Positions 48,061 through 56,305 of a stretch of 64,000 bases of DNA are shown piece by piece (position 1 is the first letter of the stretch; every line of letters begins with the position of its first letter). Source of the stretch: a virus; IMG/VR virus record IMGVR_UViG_3300043418_000072, positions 231,362 to 295,361 of that record; one strand, written 5' to 3'. Made by a program: the position numbers and the translations under genes. The notes under the pieces were generated by a model. The model was not told the origin of the DNA. It did no database searches and saw only the letters and a program-made list of their open reading frames with translations.

Positions 48061-48221
48061 TCTTGGTCGTCGGCTGTGATCTTTTGACCCAGCTGCGATT
48101 TAAGAGATCGCATCAGCTTGCGTTCAGTATCGTACACAAATTCTTTTGTTTCGTCTTCGGTATGCACGATAAGGATAAAGCCGTTTGCTGCTTTGCGGAT
48201 TTCAATTGATTCAAACATTAA
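48057..48221 (-). CDS. small hypothetical protein (start trimmed to Met after promoter)
   Basis: MFESIEIRKAANGF...; the supplied ORF 48057..48290 extends upstream through a promoter and terminator, so an internal Met start is more plausible. Confidence 0.3.
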   Translation of the reverse strand, partial: LMFESIEIRKAANGFILIVHTEDETKEFVYDTERKLMRSLKSQLGQKITADDQD

Positions 48222-48249
48222 AGTATTCCATTGGGTTAGTTGAACTACT

Positions 48250-48278
48250 ATTATAGCAGAGCATGAAAGTATAGTCAA
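48250..48278 (-). promoter_or_regulatory. Consensus sigma70 promoter TTGACT-17-TATAAT
   Basis: Minus strand: TTGACTATACTTTCATGCTCTGCTATAAT. Confidence 0.65.
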
Positions 48279-48300
48279 GAAAAAGCCCACCGAAGTGGGC
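48279..48300 (-). terminator. Rho-independent terminator downstream of dCMP deaminase/tRNA unit
   Basis: Minus strand: GCCCAC-TTCG-GTGGGC followed by TTTTTCTT. Confidence 0.65.
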
Positions 48301-48303
48301 TAG

Positions 48304-48777
48304 TTATTCTTCAATTTGTGTAACTGTTATGCCCGAACTCCTTAGGAATTGGACTCCTGCATCATCGCGATAGTTTGCACCATAAAATACACGACGAATG
48401 CCTGACTGAAAAATGAGCTTGGCACAGTGGATACAAGGACTGTGAGTAACAAATAAGTCAGCCCCGTTGCCAACGTTAGGAGACTTCGCCAGTTTTGCAA
48501 TAGCGTTTGATTCAGCATGTAATACCTCAGGTCGTGTTACTAATCTAGTTGTATCTTCTTCAATGGCATAGGTTTGTTTGTTAACAACCTTGGGATGTTC
48601 TTCACAGTTGTTATCCCATCCCGCCGGCATGCCATTGTATCCGTAAATAACCACATCGTCTTTGACAATAACTGCCCCTACCTTGAGCCTACGTGCATGA
48701 CTTAGTTCAGCTGCACGATGTGCCCAGTCCATATATAGTTGTTGATATTTTGTTTTCATAAATGGCAAACCCCGCAC
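48304..48777 (-). CDS. dCMP deaminase
   Basis: 157 aa; zinc-binding HAESNAI...PCIHCAKLI matches the CMP/dCMP deaminase H(A/C)E...PCxxC signature. Confidence 0.8.
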   Translation of the reverse strand: MRGLPFMKTKYQQLYMDWAHRAAELSHARRLKVGAVIVKDDVVIYGYNGMPAGWDNNCEEHPKVVNKQTYAIEEDTTRLVTRPEVLHAESNAIAKLAKSPNVGNGADLFVTHSPCIHCAKLIFQSGIRRVFYGANYRDDAGVQFLRSSGITVTQIEE

Positions 48778-48794
48778 AAGGCGGGGTAATGTTA

Positions 48795-48868
48795 TGGAGC
48801 GGGATAGCGGAATCGAACCGCTGACTTGAACTTGGAAGGATCTCGTTTTACCATTAAACTAATCCCGC
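48795..48868 (-). tRNA. tRNA-Gly (anticodon TCC, tentative)
   Basis: Hand-folded: acceptor GCGGGAT/ATCCCGC, T-arm AGCGG-TTCGATT-CCGCT, CCA encoded, anticodon loop CTTCCAA; the anticodon stem has 2 mismatches; overall similar to T4-type tRNA-Gly. Confidence 0.55.
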
Positions 48869-48876
48869 ATTTCCTT

Positions 48877-48951
48877 TGGTACCTTGTGACGGTTTCGAAC
48901 CGCCGACCCTCTCCGTGTAAAGGAGACGCTCTACCCCTGAGCTAACAAGGC
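48877..48951 (-). tRNA. tRNA-Val (TAC)
   Basis: Acceptor GCCTTGT/ACAAGGT, D-arm TAGCTCAGGGGTAGAGC, anticodon stem TCTCC/GGAGA with loop TTTACAC, T-loop TTCGAAA, CCA encoded. Confidence 0.7.
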
Positions 48952-48957
48952 ATGTAT

Positions 48958-49032
48958 TGGTTGCAAAGGCCGGAATCGAACCAACTGTCTCCAGGTTATG
49001 AGCCTGGTGAGATACCATTTCTCTACTCTGCT
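48958..49032 (-). tRNA. tRNA-Met or tRNA-Ile2 (anticodon CAT)
   Basis: Anticodon stem CCAGG/CCTGG with loop CTCATAA, D stem GAGA/TCTC, T-loop TTCGATT, CCA encoded; the 1:72 pair is mismatched, which is initiator-like. Confidence 0.6.
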
Positions 49033-49039
49033 TCAATAT

Positions 49040-49606
49040 TTATACCAGTTGCTCTGCTTGTAGCAAAGAAACTGTGTCTGCATCCAACTCAATTGATGTC
49101 TGAACATTGAGTTCCAACACCCGATCGTTGATGCTTTGTTTTTGTTTCTTCAGGTCACGCATTTCTGCTTTGTAACCTTCAATCTGGCCTGCTTCAAGCA
49201 CGCCAGTATCAACTGTGTCGTTGTAACCGTAAATGCGGCTATTTTTGTCCTGTGTACGAAGCTTCTCTAGCTTGCCTTCAATGACTTCTGTAGCTTCAAC
49301 TACCTTGCTTTCAGTTAGGCCTTTCAAGAAGCCCAGACGCTTGTCAATGAATGCTGCGTCTGTCAGCAAGTCTGCAACACCAGCTTCTGTGTTGGCGCGA
49401 CCAACCTTTGCACGGATGCCGTACAATGCTCGAGTCAACTGTGTGCGCTTGGCATCATTGCGGACCAGTGCGTCACGTGCTGTAGTCAGCACCGAAGTGG
49501 TGCTTTGGAACTCGTTAAGGGAAACTGTCAATGCGATGTCGATCGTCTTGATGTGTTCCTGGATTGTGTTTTGTAGGGCGTTTGCTTTGCGAAGTGTAAA
49601 TTTCAT
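49040..49606 (-). CDS. hypothetical coiled-coil protein
   Basis: 188-aa ORF. Confidence 0.4.
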   Translation of the reverse strand: MKFTLRKANALQNTIQEHIKTIDIALTVSLNEFQSTTSVLTTARDALVRNDAKRTQLTRALYGIRAKVGRANTEAGVADLLTDAAFIDKRLGFLKGLTESKVVEATEVIEGKLEKLRTQDKNSRIYGYNDTVDTGVLEAGQIEGYKAEMRDLKKQKQSINDRVLELNVQTSIELDADTVSLLQAEQLV

Positions 49607-50408
49607 AATCGAGTTCCTTTCTGTTTGAATTTAATAGGGGGGTAACGTATGGCAAGTCAATTGCGGGACAATGTGCAATGTACATTAGATAGAGTCGATT
49701 TTCAAGGCAACCTTTTTCTAAAGCAAAATACAACAAGCAGAGGATACCAATATTGCCGAGCATCAATAAACAAGCAACTTAATGCCATTTCATCTCGGAG
49801 CACTGGATCACGATTGTATATTCCAGTAAGCGTTTCAAGTGCTAACTAGATGTGCAATCTCTCATCTCCACACGCTACAGCTAGTTTTGAGAAACTAGCA
49901 AAAATGGAGGACGGTGTAGGAGTTTAACCTACCTTATACCGAGTTTGCAATCCGGCGCATAAACGCTCTGCCAACCGTCCATAAATCTTATATGTAAACA
50001 CACTAACACGGCTACCACACCTTACGATGCCCTGTGACCGCACTCCAGGTTAGATAATGTGTTTGCATATAAGTGGAGGACTGAGAATACATCTCTCCCA
50101 ACAACACCTCGGACATTATTACGATCCTTGCGAGACCGCTTTCTTCCGACTTCCACTAAACCCTACTTGCATAGTAGTCTAGTCTGCTGTCAGCATCGCC
50201 GTTTTTAAAGACAGGCAGTAGTCTTGTCGCCATATGCTATTCTACGCTTTCTATCCCGTTGACCTTTAGAGCCATTCACCACCGCTAAGTAGCTACGAAA
50301 CTTCCTGCATAAACAGATTTCACCTTGCGAGTTACGTCTGACTTAGTTAGCTTGCGCCCTAAGTATTAGATGCTTTTCACATATGACCGAGTCAGTCTTT
50401 GCGTTTTG

Positions 50409-50480
50409 TAATGATAGCGGGAATTGAACCCGCCGCATTCTGTTTAAGAGACAGACGTTCTACCAATGAACTATATCAAC
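50409..50480 (-). tRNA. tRNA-Lys (CTT)
   Basis: D stem GTTC/GAAC, anticodon stem TCTGT/ACAGA with loop CTCTTAA, T-arm GCGGG-TTCAATT-CCCGC; one T:T mismatch in the acceptor stem. Confidence 0.5.
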
Positions 50481-50989
50481 CTACTGCGATGTGCTGACTC
50501 AGTTGCTGCATACTCTTTTGGAATACACAATACAACACACCACGTACCTTTTGCCTTGCGAGCTACTCAGTCGTCTTTTGCGACCAATGTTCGTATTACT
50601 ACGTCCACCAACCACTAAAACTGCATACGAGCTCTTAGGTGCAACCCTTCGAACCAATACACTACCCTTTCTCATACCAATTAACAAAGTTGGTTTCGCA
50701 TAGAAGTCAGCACCACCTGTTACTTTCCATCTACTCAAGTTCCCCTTGATGCAATCTCAGGCTTGTAAGCAAACGTTCTTCCCTATGCACTTTGCGTCAC
50801 TGTTACAACCACCCGTCGCTGAGTGATCGCTCCCTCACAGGAGTGAGCAGGCTTGTCTAAACGAACTATTGCTAGCGGAGTTATGTAGGCATACCTCCTT
50901 TGGCTGTGTCACCACAGTTATTCTTCGCATCAAGCTGGGCGAACCATACTCTTTGCAGGACATTAAACTGCCCCAAATTCTTATACAAC

Positions 50990-51065
50990 TGCACACTCAC
51001 AGGATTCGAACCTGCGACCCGGGCAATAGCCCGAGCTATGATCCAACCATATCAGCGTGGCCTAC
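50990..51065 (-). tRNA. tRNA-like element with canonical T-arm (cloverleaf not resolved by hand)
   Basis: GCAGG-TTCGAAT-CCTGT T-arm on the minus strand, but no complementary acceptor stem was found. Confidence 0.25.
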
Positions 51066-51151
51066 GCCTTTATGTGCATGTGTATAAGAACTTCTTATAC
51101 GTATCTATTTTAAAGAACTTGCTTGTTAGCACTATCACTAACTAAGCTGCT

Positions 51152-51180
51152 ATTGTAGCAAACTTTTCATTTGCTGTCAA
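51152..51180 (-). promoter_or_regulatory. sigma70 promoter TTGACA-17-TACAAT inside non-coding stretch
   Basis: Minus strand: TTGACAGCAAATGAAAAGTTTGCTACAAT. Confidence 0.6.
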
Positions 51181-51516
51181 CAGTTATTTAGAAATTTATT
51201 TTGATGCCTCTTTCGCCTGCTTACAAGGCTACGGGTAAGACTTGCGTCTTTTGGTTGACCCTCATGCAACCAGCGGAGCGTTACTCTACTTTATTGCAAT
51301 CCTTCTTCCTGCGTATTGCTACGTGGAATAGATCGTTTCTAACTCATAGGTGTTAGACGCCACTGTAGTCTCTTACAAACTACACAAGAGTGCCCAGCTT
51401 TCTTTCTGGACCAAATTTTCAACAAGACTCACGCAACCTAATAGCGTGGTAGGCCTGTTTACTTTACATCAAAACAAATTTTTAAAGAACGTTTGTTAAT
51501 TGCTTAACATGTATCT

Positions 51517-51545
51517 ATTATAACAAGAGTTTCATTAAGTGTCAA
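51517..51545 (-). promoter_or_regulatory. Consensus sigma70 promoter TTGACA-17-TATAAT firing into ORF-free region
   Basis: Minus strand: TTGACACTTAATGAAACTCTTGTTATAAT followed by the conserved AGATACAT motif. Confidence 0.7.
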
Positions 51546-51574
51546 GTACTTTTAGAAAAACTTAAAATAATAAA

Positions 51575-51658
51575 TGGTGCGTAAGGAGAGACTCGAACTC
51601 TCAATCCTCGCGGCGCTGGCTTCTAAGACCAGAGTGTATACCATTCCACCACTTACGC
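51575..51658 (-). tRNA. tRNA-Leu (TAG), long variable arm
   Basis: Acceptor GCGTAAG/CTTACGC, anticodon stem CTGGT/GCCAG with loop CTTAGAA, 13-nt variable arm, T-arm GAGAG-TTCGAGT-CTCTC, CCA encoded. Confidence 0.65.
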
Positions 51659-51669
51659 ATTGTGATAAA

Positions 51670-52845
51670 TTACTTATCATCTAAGCTGTTATTATAAACA
51701 AATTTGACTTGCTTGTCAACTATGTGTTTATCCATAATAGCTTCAAAATCTTTTGGGTCTTGTGCTTTTGGGGCACAGTAACCGCATATACATCTTGTTC
51801 TAGCACATTGTATAACAGGCATGGCTTTGTTGTCAATGTTTTTCTGCACTTGTTCTAGTATAAGATTACCATTTGACAAATTACCAATTGGACCAACTGT
51901 GCCGTTAAAGCGCATACGGCAATCCTTGTTTGTGTACACATCGCCATTGATCTGTTTAATGTACAAGAAGTACCAATTAACACTACAACTCCATCCCATG
52001 AAATCTGCATGTGGCACAAAGGCTGTTGGGTGTTGTAAGTCTTGGTTAGTGCATAGCTTTCGACCACCACAACAACCACGACCTACCTTACCCATGCCAA
52101 CTGTGTCTGTTGACACTGCATCTAATGCCTTTGTTAGCGCATCTCTACTCTTAGCAGGGGTACGCGACTTGTAGTAATCTTGAAAGTAAATAAACTGTTC
52201 TTTGTTATATTGCCACTGTGGTGTAGGAGTGTCGTTTGCTTTAACTACATAGTCAACACTGTGTGTCTTGCAAAACTCGATAGCTTGTTGGCTAATATCC
52301 CACAAAACAGGATCGTTGTGCATCACAAACACCACCTTTTGGCGCCTGCCGATGGCCTTATTATAAAGTATGTTGTCTAGTACTTGCTGTCTCTGTTTAG
52401 GCAATGCACTGCTGTGAAAACTAACTGTAAACTCATCAATTAAGTTTGCAACCTTTTCCCAAAGATTCTTGCCAGCCACTGCATTACTTGTGCATGTAAC
52501 AGTTAATGGCCATTCGTATGTGTGTCTTGCACGAACCTGTTCAAGGATCTCAACAATGTCTGGATGAAAGATGCTTTCGCCGCCGTAGACATTAAGAACA
52601 ACCATGCGCTGCCATTTAGGCTTTAGCTGCATGTACTTGTCTGCATAAGCAAACATGAAGTCAATGGTCTTTAAGCATTCGTCTTTAGGAGGATGCGCTG
52701 TGCTATTGTCGTGGCCACCATACTCAATGCCAGTTGAGCAGTAGTCGCAATCCAAATTGCACTTCATTGTCAATTCCCAGTCCAACAAAAATGTGGGACG
52801 GTTAACTGGATCGATTGCAGGCTCAATTGAGATAATTTTATTCAT
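51670..52845 (-). CDS. Radical SAM enzyme with C-terminal Cys-rich (SPASM/twitch-like) region
   Basis: 391 aa; CNLDCDYC is the CxxxCxxC radical-SAM cluster motif, and there are about 10 further Cys in the C-terminal half (CCGGRKLC, CICGYC). Confidence 0.7.
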   Translation of the reverse strand: MNKIISIEPAIDPVNRPTFLLDWELTMKCNLDCDYCSTGIEYGGHDNSTAHPPKDECLKTIDFMFAYADKYMQLKPKWQRMVVLNVYGGESIFHPDIVEILEQVRARHTYEWPLTVTCTSNAVAGKNLWEKVANLIDEFTVSFHSSALPKQRQQVLDNILYNKAIGRRQKVVFVMHNDPVLWDISQQAIEFCKTHSVDYVVKANDTPTPQWQYNKEQFIYFQDYYKSRTPAKSRDALTKALDAVSTDTVGMGKVGRGCCGGRKLCTNQDLQHPTAFVPHADFMGWSCSVNWYFLYIKQINGDVYTNKDCRMRFNGTVGPIGNLSNGNLILEQVQKNIDNKAMPVIQCARTRCICGYCAPKAQDPKDFEAIMDKHIVDKQVKFVYNNSLDDK

Positions 52846-53473
52846 AAGTTAATACCAAATGATCTGCAAACCAATCTCTGCAATAGGCAAAGGGTTTACC
52901 AAATCTAAGGTTAAACCAAATTCGTTCGTTTGTATTTGAGATGCTGTGTAGTTGTTGGATATCAAGGATCCATCCTGTGTCTTTTACACTACGATAGGAT
53001 TCGCAGATGTCTGCGTTTCTTGCGTAGGTAGTGCTGTCACAATCAGCGAAGAAATAATTAAACCCAGTTTGCTGACTTTCGTGATCCTTATGCTCTGCAC
53101 CATCGCCTACCATGTAGTTAATGCTAGCAAAAGTAGGACCAAGCTCTGCAAGATCATCTAGCATCATTGGCAAAAAGCGCATGGTAGATTCAATTAGCTT
53201 GCCTGTTACTGAATACCATTCTGCACTACCATTAGTAATGTGACTAACTGTGCCCGATGATCCTAGCTCATAGTGATATCCGTAATCACTGTATTTGTAT
53301 TCCCTAGTAATACCAGTTGATTGACTCTTTACTAGATCAATGCAGTGCTTTGCCACTTGAGCTGTTTTATCCCAGTTATTAACTATACGCACTGGGGTTT
53401 GAAACGTTAATGTATTCATAAAAGGGTTAGCCATGTAATTCTGTTTTTCAACCGCGGACCACTTGGTCCCCAT
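52838..53473 (-). CDS. hypothetical protein co-transcribed with radical SAM gene
   Basis: 211 aa; its start overlaps the radical-SAM stop; an internal Met start (MANPF) is possible. Confidence 0.4.
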   Translation of the reverse strand: MGTKWSAVEKQNYMANPFMNTLTFQTPVRIVNNWDKTAQVAKHCIDLVKSQSTGITREYKYSDYGYHYELGSSGTVSHITNGSAEWYSVTGKLIESTMRFLPMMLDDLAELGPTFASINYMVGDGAEHKDHESQQTGFNYFFADCDSTTYARNADICESYRSVKDTGWILDIQQLHSISNTNERIWFNLRFGKPFAYCRDWFADHLVLTYE

Positions 53474-53700
53474 TGATCAGATGGGCAACCATGATCTAGA
53501 TCAAGCAGCATCTTGCGAATGCCTACCTAGACCACACGTTGTGGGCTCGAAACGGTTCTCAATTTTAAAATCGTTTTGTTGCCTCGGGGGTTCCCGATAC
53601 TTAAACACAGGCCACTAATTGCAAGATTATTGATACTACGCCTACCACTGGTAACAGAAAGCTGCCCTGCTCATGGCTAACTCTTTTATGAACAGTTTGT

Positions 53701-53729
53701 ATTATACAGACTGCTAGTAGATAAGTCAA
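53701..53729 (-). promoter_or_regulatory. Consensus sigma70 promoter TTGACT-17-TATAAT with about 220-nt leader before ORF 52838..53473
   Basis: Minus strand: TTGACTTATCTACTAGCAGTCTGTATAAT. Confidence 0.65.
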
Positions 53730-53743
53730 TAAATATTGAACAA

Positions 53744-54646
53744 ATGCTATACGGTTTTTCAAATAATAAATTTTACATTGACATCCCTGCTTGCACACGC
53801 ACGGTGGGCAACATGCGTGAAGAAAGCGATCGCCATGCTCGAGATTTAGCTAGCCAATCCAATAAACTGTTGCTAACCATTAGCTCAGGAATTGACAGCC
53901 AAAGTGTGTTACATAGTTTTGTTACACAAGGCATACCAATTGAAACTGCATTTATGTACCTTCCCGGATACAATGATCACGAATATCGCAATCTTCAGTT
54001 AGTCGACAAAAAGTACGGAATCAAAACTCGCATTGTAGATCTTGATCCGCTAGCACTTGCTGATGAACTAATTGCCGAAGATGAAGCTACCGGCATCCAT
54101 CGATTCTTTTTGCTTAGTAAACGGTTTATAAGTCTACTACCGGACTCTGCAGATGTAGTGCAAATTATCCACGACCCACAAGTGTTAGTTAACAACGGCG
54201 TTCCGTACTATCACATGGGGCTCCACTATTGCGAAATCGAAAAGCCACGTGCATTTGAATTAGCAAAGCGATCTGGGCGCAACATCTTCTTTGGCGACAC
54301 CACCGAATTCATGTATAGTTTTTTAAACGATCCGGTGTACAGAGCTGTTGCAACGGCTGGCCAATTATACAATGCTAACGGACTATCTAAGCGTATGTTT
54401 AATGTCTATCGCGGAGACAACTGGGACTTTTATGTAAAGCCATTTATCTATGGTCAATACTGGAAGGACGAACTCATGTACTTCCCGAAGTATAACGGAT
54501 CTGAACGTATGCCATTTATTCGTCGACCATTTGATACTGTATCTCATTCGCTAGCAATTCCATTTACAGAACTGCTAGACCATATGGGCAACATCGGGGG
54601 CGGAGTTAAACGTTACGCATCCGACCAACAAAATACGAATGCTTAA
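53744..54646 (+). CDS. PP-loop-like protein, divergent third paralog (plus strand)
   Basis: 300 aa; LLLTISSGIDSQSVLHSF resembles the SGGxDS PP-loop and the downstream IVDLD motif, but is degenerate (SSGIDS). Confidence 0.4.
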   Translation: MLYGFSNNKFYIDIPACTRTVGNMREESDRHARDLASQSNKLLLTISSGIDSQSVLHSFVTQGIPIETAFMYLPGYNDHEYRNLQLVDKKYGIKTRIVDLDPLALADELIAEDEATGIHRFFLLSKRFISLLPDSADVVQIIHDPQVLVNNGVPYYHMGLHYCEIEKPRAFELAKRSGRNIFFGDTTEFMYSFLNDPVYRAVATAGQLYNANGLSKRMFNVYRGDNWDFYVKPFIYGQYWKDELMYFPKYNGSERMPFIRRPFDTVSHSLAIPFTELLDHMGNIGGGVKRYASDQQNTNA

Positions 54647-55754
54647 ACCCTTTTAGTCCGTCTGCGACACCGTTTTTGTATTCGATGTAGTCCCCGGCAC
54701 TCTGTGCCACGTACTCAAGCCCACGTTTCCATTGTGTTAACTCTCTAGACAAGGTGGGGTCGTTGTGGAACCATGCGTCAAACTCACTGTTCCAGTAACT
54801 AGTACCTTTGTCAGCTTGGAACCATGTGTCATCCCATGTAGTGTATAAGATATTGCGTAAAAATCTTTCGTGGTACAAGCGAACCATTTCTTTAGTTACG
54901 TTGCGCCACATACGTTGTCTCACAGGATTGGCTTCTAGCCAATGTTTAACCACGTGTGCTTGCTTGCAAATTAGTGGTGCCGTGTCCTTGGACCAGTAGA
55001 ACAACTCTGTTTTAATATTCGAGTATTCTGTGTTAAAGTCATTGACACTTGCAATATTAGCAGTCGCATCTGTGAAGTATAACACAAACTCATCATTTGG
55101 CGAAATTACTGTTCGTGGCTTATCTACCCCGACGATGATTGCAACCTTCTTGTCTTTATCAAATTGCTTTTTCAATTCAGCAAAATGAAAATAATTGTAT
55201 CTAAACAGTTGCCCAATTGACAGATAATCATTGCGCTCGTGTACCCATTCAACATCGTCGAACTGGCTCATTGAATTCAAGACTACGTCACTTACATCCA
55301 GGACTGTAATCTTAGTTTTAGGCAACTTATCATAAATGTATTGCAAACGTGGAATCGCTTGCAGTTGATGTTCTGCTGCAAAGTTAGAAGCTAACTTGTT
55401 ACTAGGATCGATGATTGTGAATTTTTCAGTTGCTTTAGTAATGTGATTAGTAACAATCTCATCTATGTGCAGATCCTGCCTAATAAAACTTTCAAGAATA
55501 TTATTTGTATCCGAGCCGCCGCTGTAGCTGAGAATCAAGTAGTCGTACTGTTCGCGAAGTTGTCTAGCTCGGGCGTCGTAGAGTTCGTCTAGTGTCTGCT
55601 CTGGCTCAATTTGCCACGGATATGCTGAGTACACATCGTTGTGAAACATCCATTCAACTGGCTTGTTAACTGTCTGGGAATATATGCAAGCATTAACCTT
55701 TGAGGAAAACTCTATCCCATTGCAGGTGTAATAGCTTAGATCTTTATCTATCAT
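54606..55754 (-). CDS. PP-loop ATP pyrophosphatase family protein, paralog A
   Basis: 382 aa; SYSGGSDTNNILESF is the PP-loop SGGxDS motif; clearly paralogous to 56291..57499 (the shared block EPEQTLDELYDARARQLREQYDYLILSYSGGSD). Confidence 0.55.
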   Translation of the reverse strand: MIDKDLSYYTCNGIEFSSKVNACIYSQTVNKPVEWMFHNDVYSAYPWQIEPEQTLDELYDARARQLREQYDYLILSYSGGSDTNNILESFIRQDLHIDEIVTNHITKATEKFTIIDPSNKLASNFAAEHQLQAIPRLQYIYDKLPKTKITVLDVSDVVLNSMSQFDDVEWVHERNDYLSIGQLFRYNYFHFAELKKQFDKDKKVAIIVGVDKPRTVISPNDEFVLYFTDATANIASVNDFNTEYSNIKTELFYWSKDTAPLICKQAHVVKHWLEANPVRQRMWRNVTKEMVRLYHERFLRNILYTTWDDTWFQADKGTSYWNSEFDAWFHNDPTLSRELTQWKRGLEYVAQSAGDYIEYKNGVADGLKGFKHSYFVGRMRNV

Positions 55755-55767
55755 TTATGTACTTATG

Positions 55768-55842
55768 TGGCCGGTCTTGAGAGGATCGAACTCCCACCCT
55801 CTGTTTCGAAGACAGAGATGATATCCATTTCACCAAAGACCG
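55768..55842 (-). tRNA. tRNA-Arg (TCG)
   Basis: Acceptor CGGTCTT/AAGACCG, anticodon stem TCTGT/ACAGA with loop CTTCGAA, T-loop TTCGATC, CCA encoded. Confidence 0.6.
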
Positions 55843-55846
55843 AAAT

Positions 55847-55923
55847 TGGCGACCCCCGAGGGATTCGAACCCCCAACACTCGGATTTGGAATCCGATGTT
55901 CTGCCAATTGGAACTAGAGAGCC
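55847..55923 (-). tRNA. tRNA-Trp (CCA)
   Basis: D stem GTTC/GAAC, anticodon stem TCGGA/TCCGA with loop TTCCAAA, T-arm GGGGG-TTCGAAT-CCCTC; acceptor stem with three G-U pairs; CCA encoded. Confidence 0.6.
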
Positions 55924-55928
55924 ATTTA

Positions 55929-56004
55929 TGGAGCGGATGATCGGGTTCGAACCGACGACCTCGACGTTGGCAACGTTGTGCTCTACCAGCTGAGCTACAT
56001 CCGC
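55929..56004 (-). tRNA. tRNA-Gly (GCC)
   Basis: Acceptor GCGGATG/CATCCGC, D-arm GCTCAGCTGGTAGAGC, anticodon loop TTGCCAA, T-loop TTCGAAC, CCA encoded. Confidence 0.7.
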
Positions 56005-56022
56005 ATTATACTTACTTATCAC

Positions 56023-56110
56023 TGGCGGAGCGTGTAGGAATCGAACCTACTCACCTCTTTCGAAATGACGGCTTAGCAAGCCGCTGCCTTAACCGGTCGG
56101 CCAACGCTCC
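56023..56110 (-). tRNA. tRNA-Ser (GCT), long variable arm
   Basis: Acceptor GGAGCGT/ACGCTCC, 3-bp D stem, anticodon loop TTGCTAA, about 17-nt variable arm, T-arm GTAGG-TTCGATT-CCTAC, CCA encoded. Confidence 0.7.
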
Positions 56111-56249
56111 GTATTCTTATCTAGTGAAAAACCTTACTAGACGGATCCAGTAATATCTAACACCTCTAAACTCTGGAATCCAACTTAGGTCTATTGGATT
56201 CACAACTTCTTTTGGAACGTTGCTGTATGCTTTTTCGATAGTCTCTTTA
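56109..56249 (-). CDS. small ORF (46 aa) between promoter and tRNA cluster, not in supplied track
   Basis: Hand-translated MKPKETIEKAYSNVPKEVVNPIDLSWIPEFRGVRYYWIRL...; it lies directly behind the consensus promoter. Confidence 0.3.
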
Positions 56250-56276
56250 GGCTTCATTGCATCGTCCCTTCTGTGT

Positions 56277-56305
56277 ATTATACACTATAGTTATTTATTT
56301 CGCAA
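56277..56305 (-). promoter_or_regulatory. sigma70-type promoter TTGCGA-17-TATAAT driving small ORF plus 4-tRNA cluster
   Basis: Minus strand: TTGCGAAATAAATAACTATAGTGTATAAT. Confidence 0.6.

Noticed and set aside
51670-52845. Assigning the radical-SAM protein specifically as QueE (7-carboxy-7-deazaguanine synthase)
   Set aside because: CNLDCDYC resembles the QueE CxxxCxxC context, but the protein is about 390 aa with a Cys-rich C-terminal extension, and no FolE/QueD/QueF or DpdA-like genes are visible in the window; kept as generic radical SAM.
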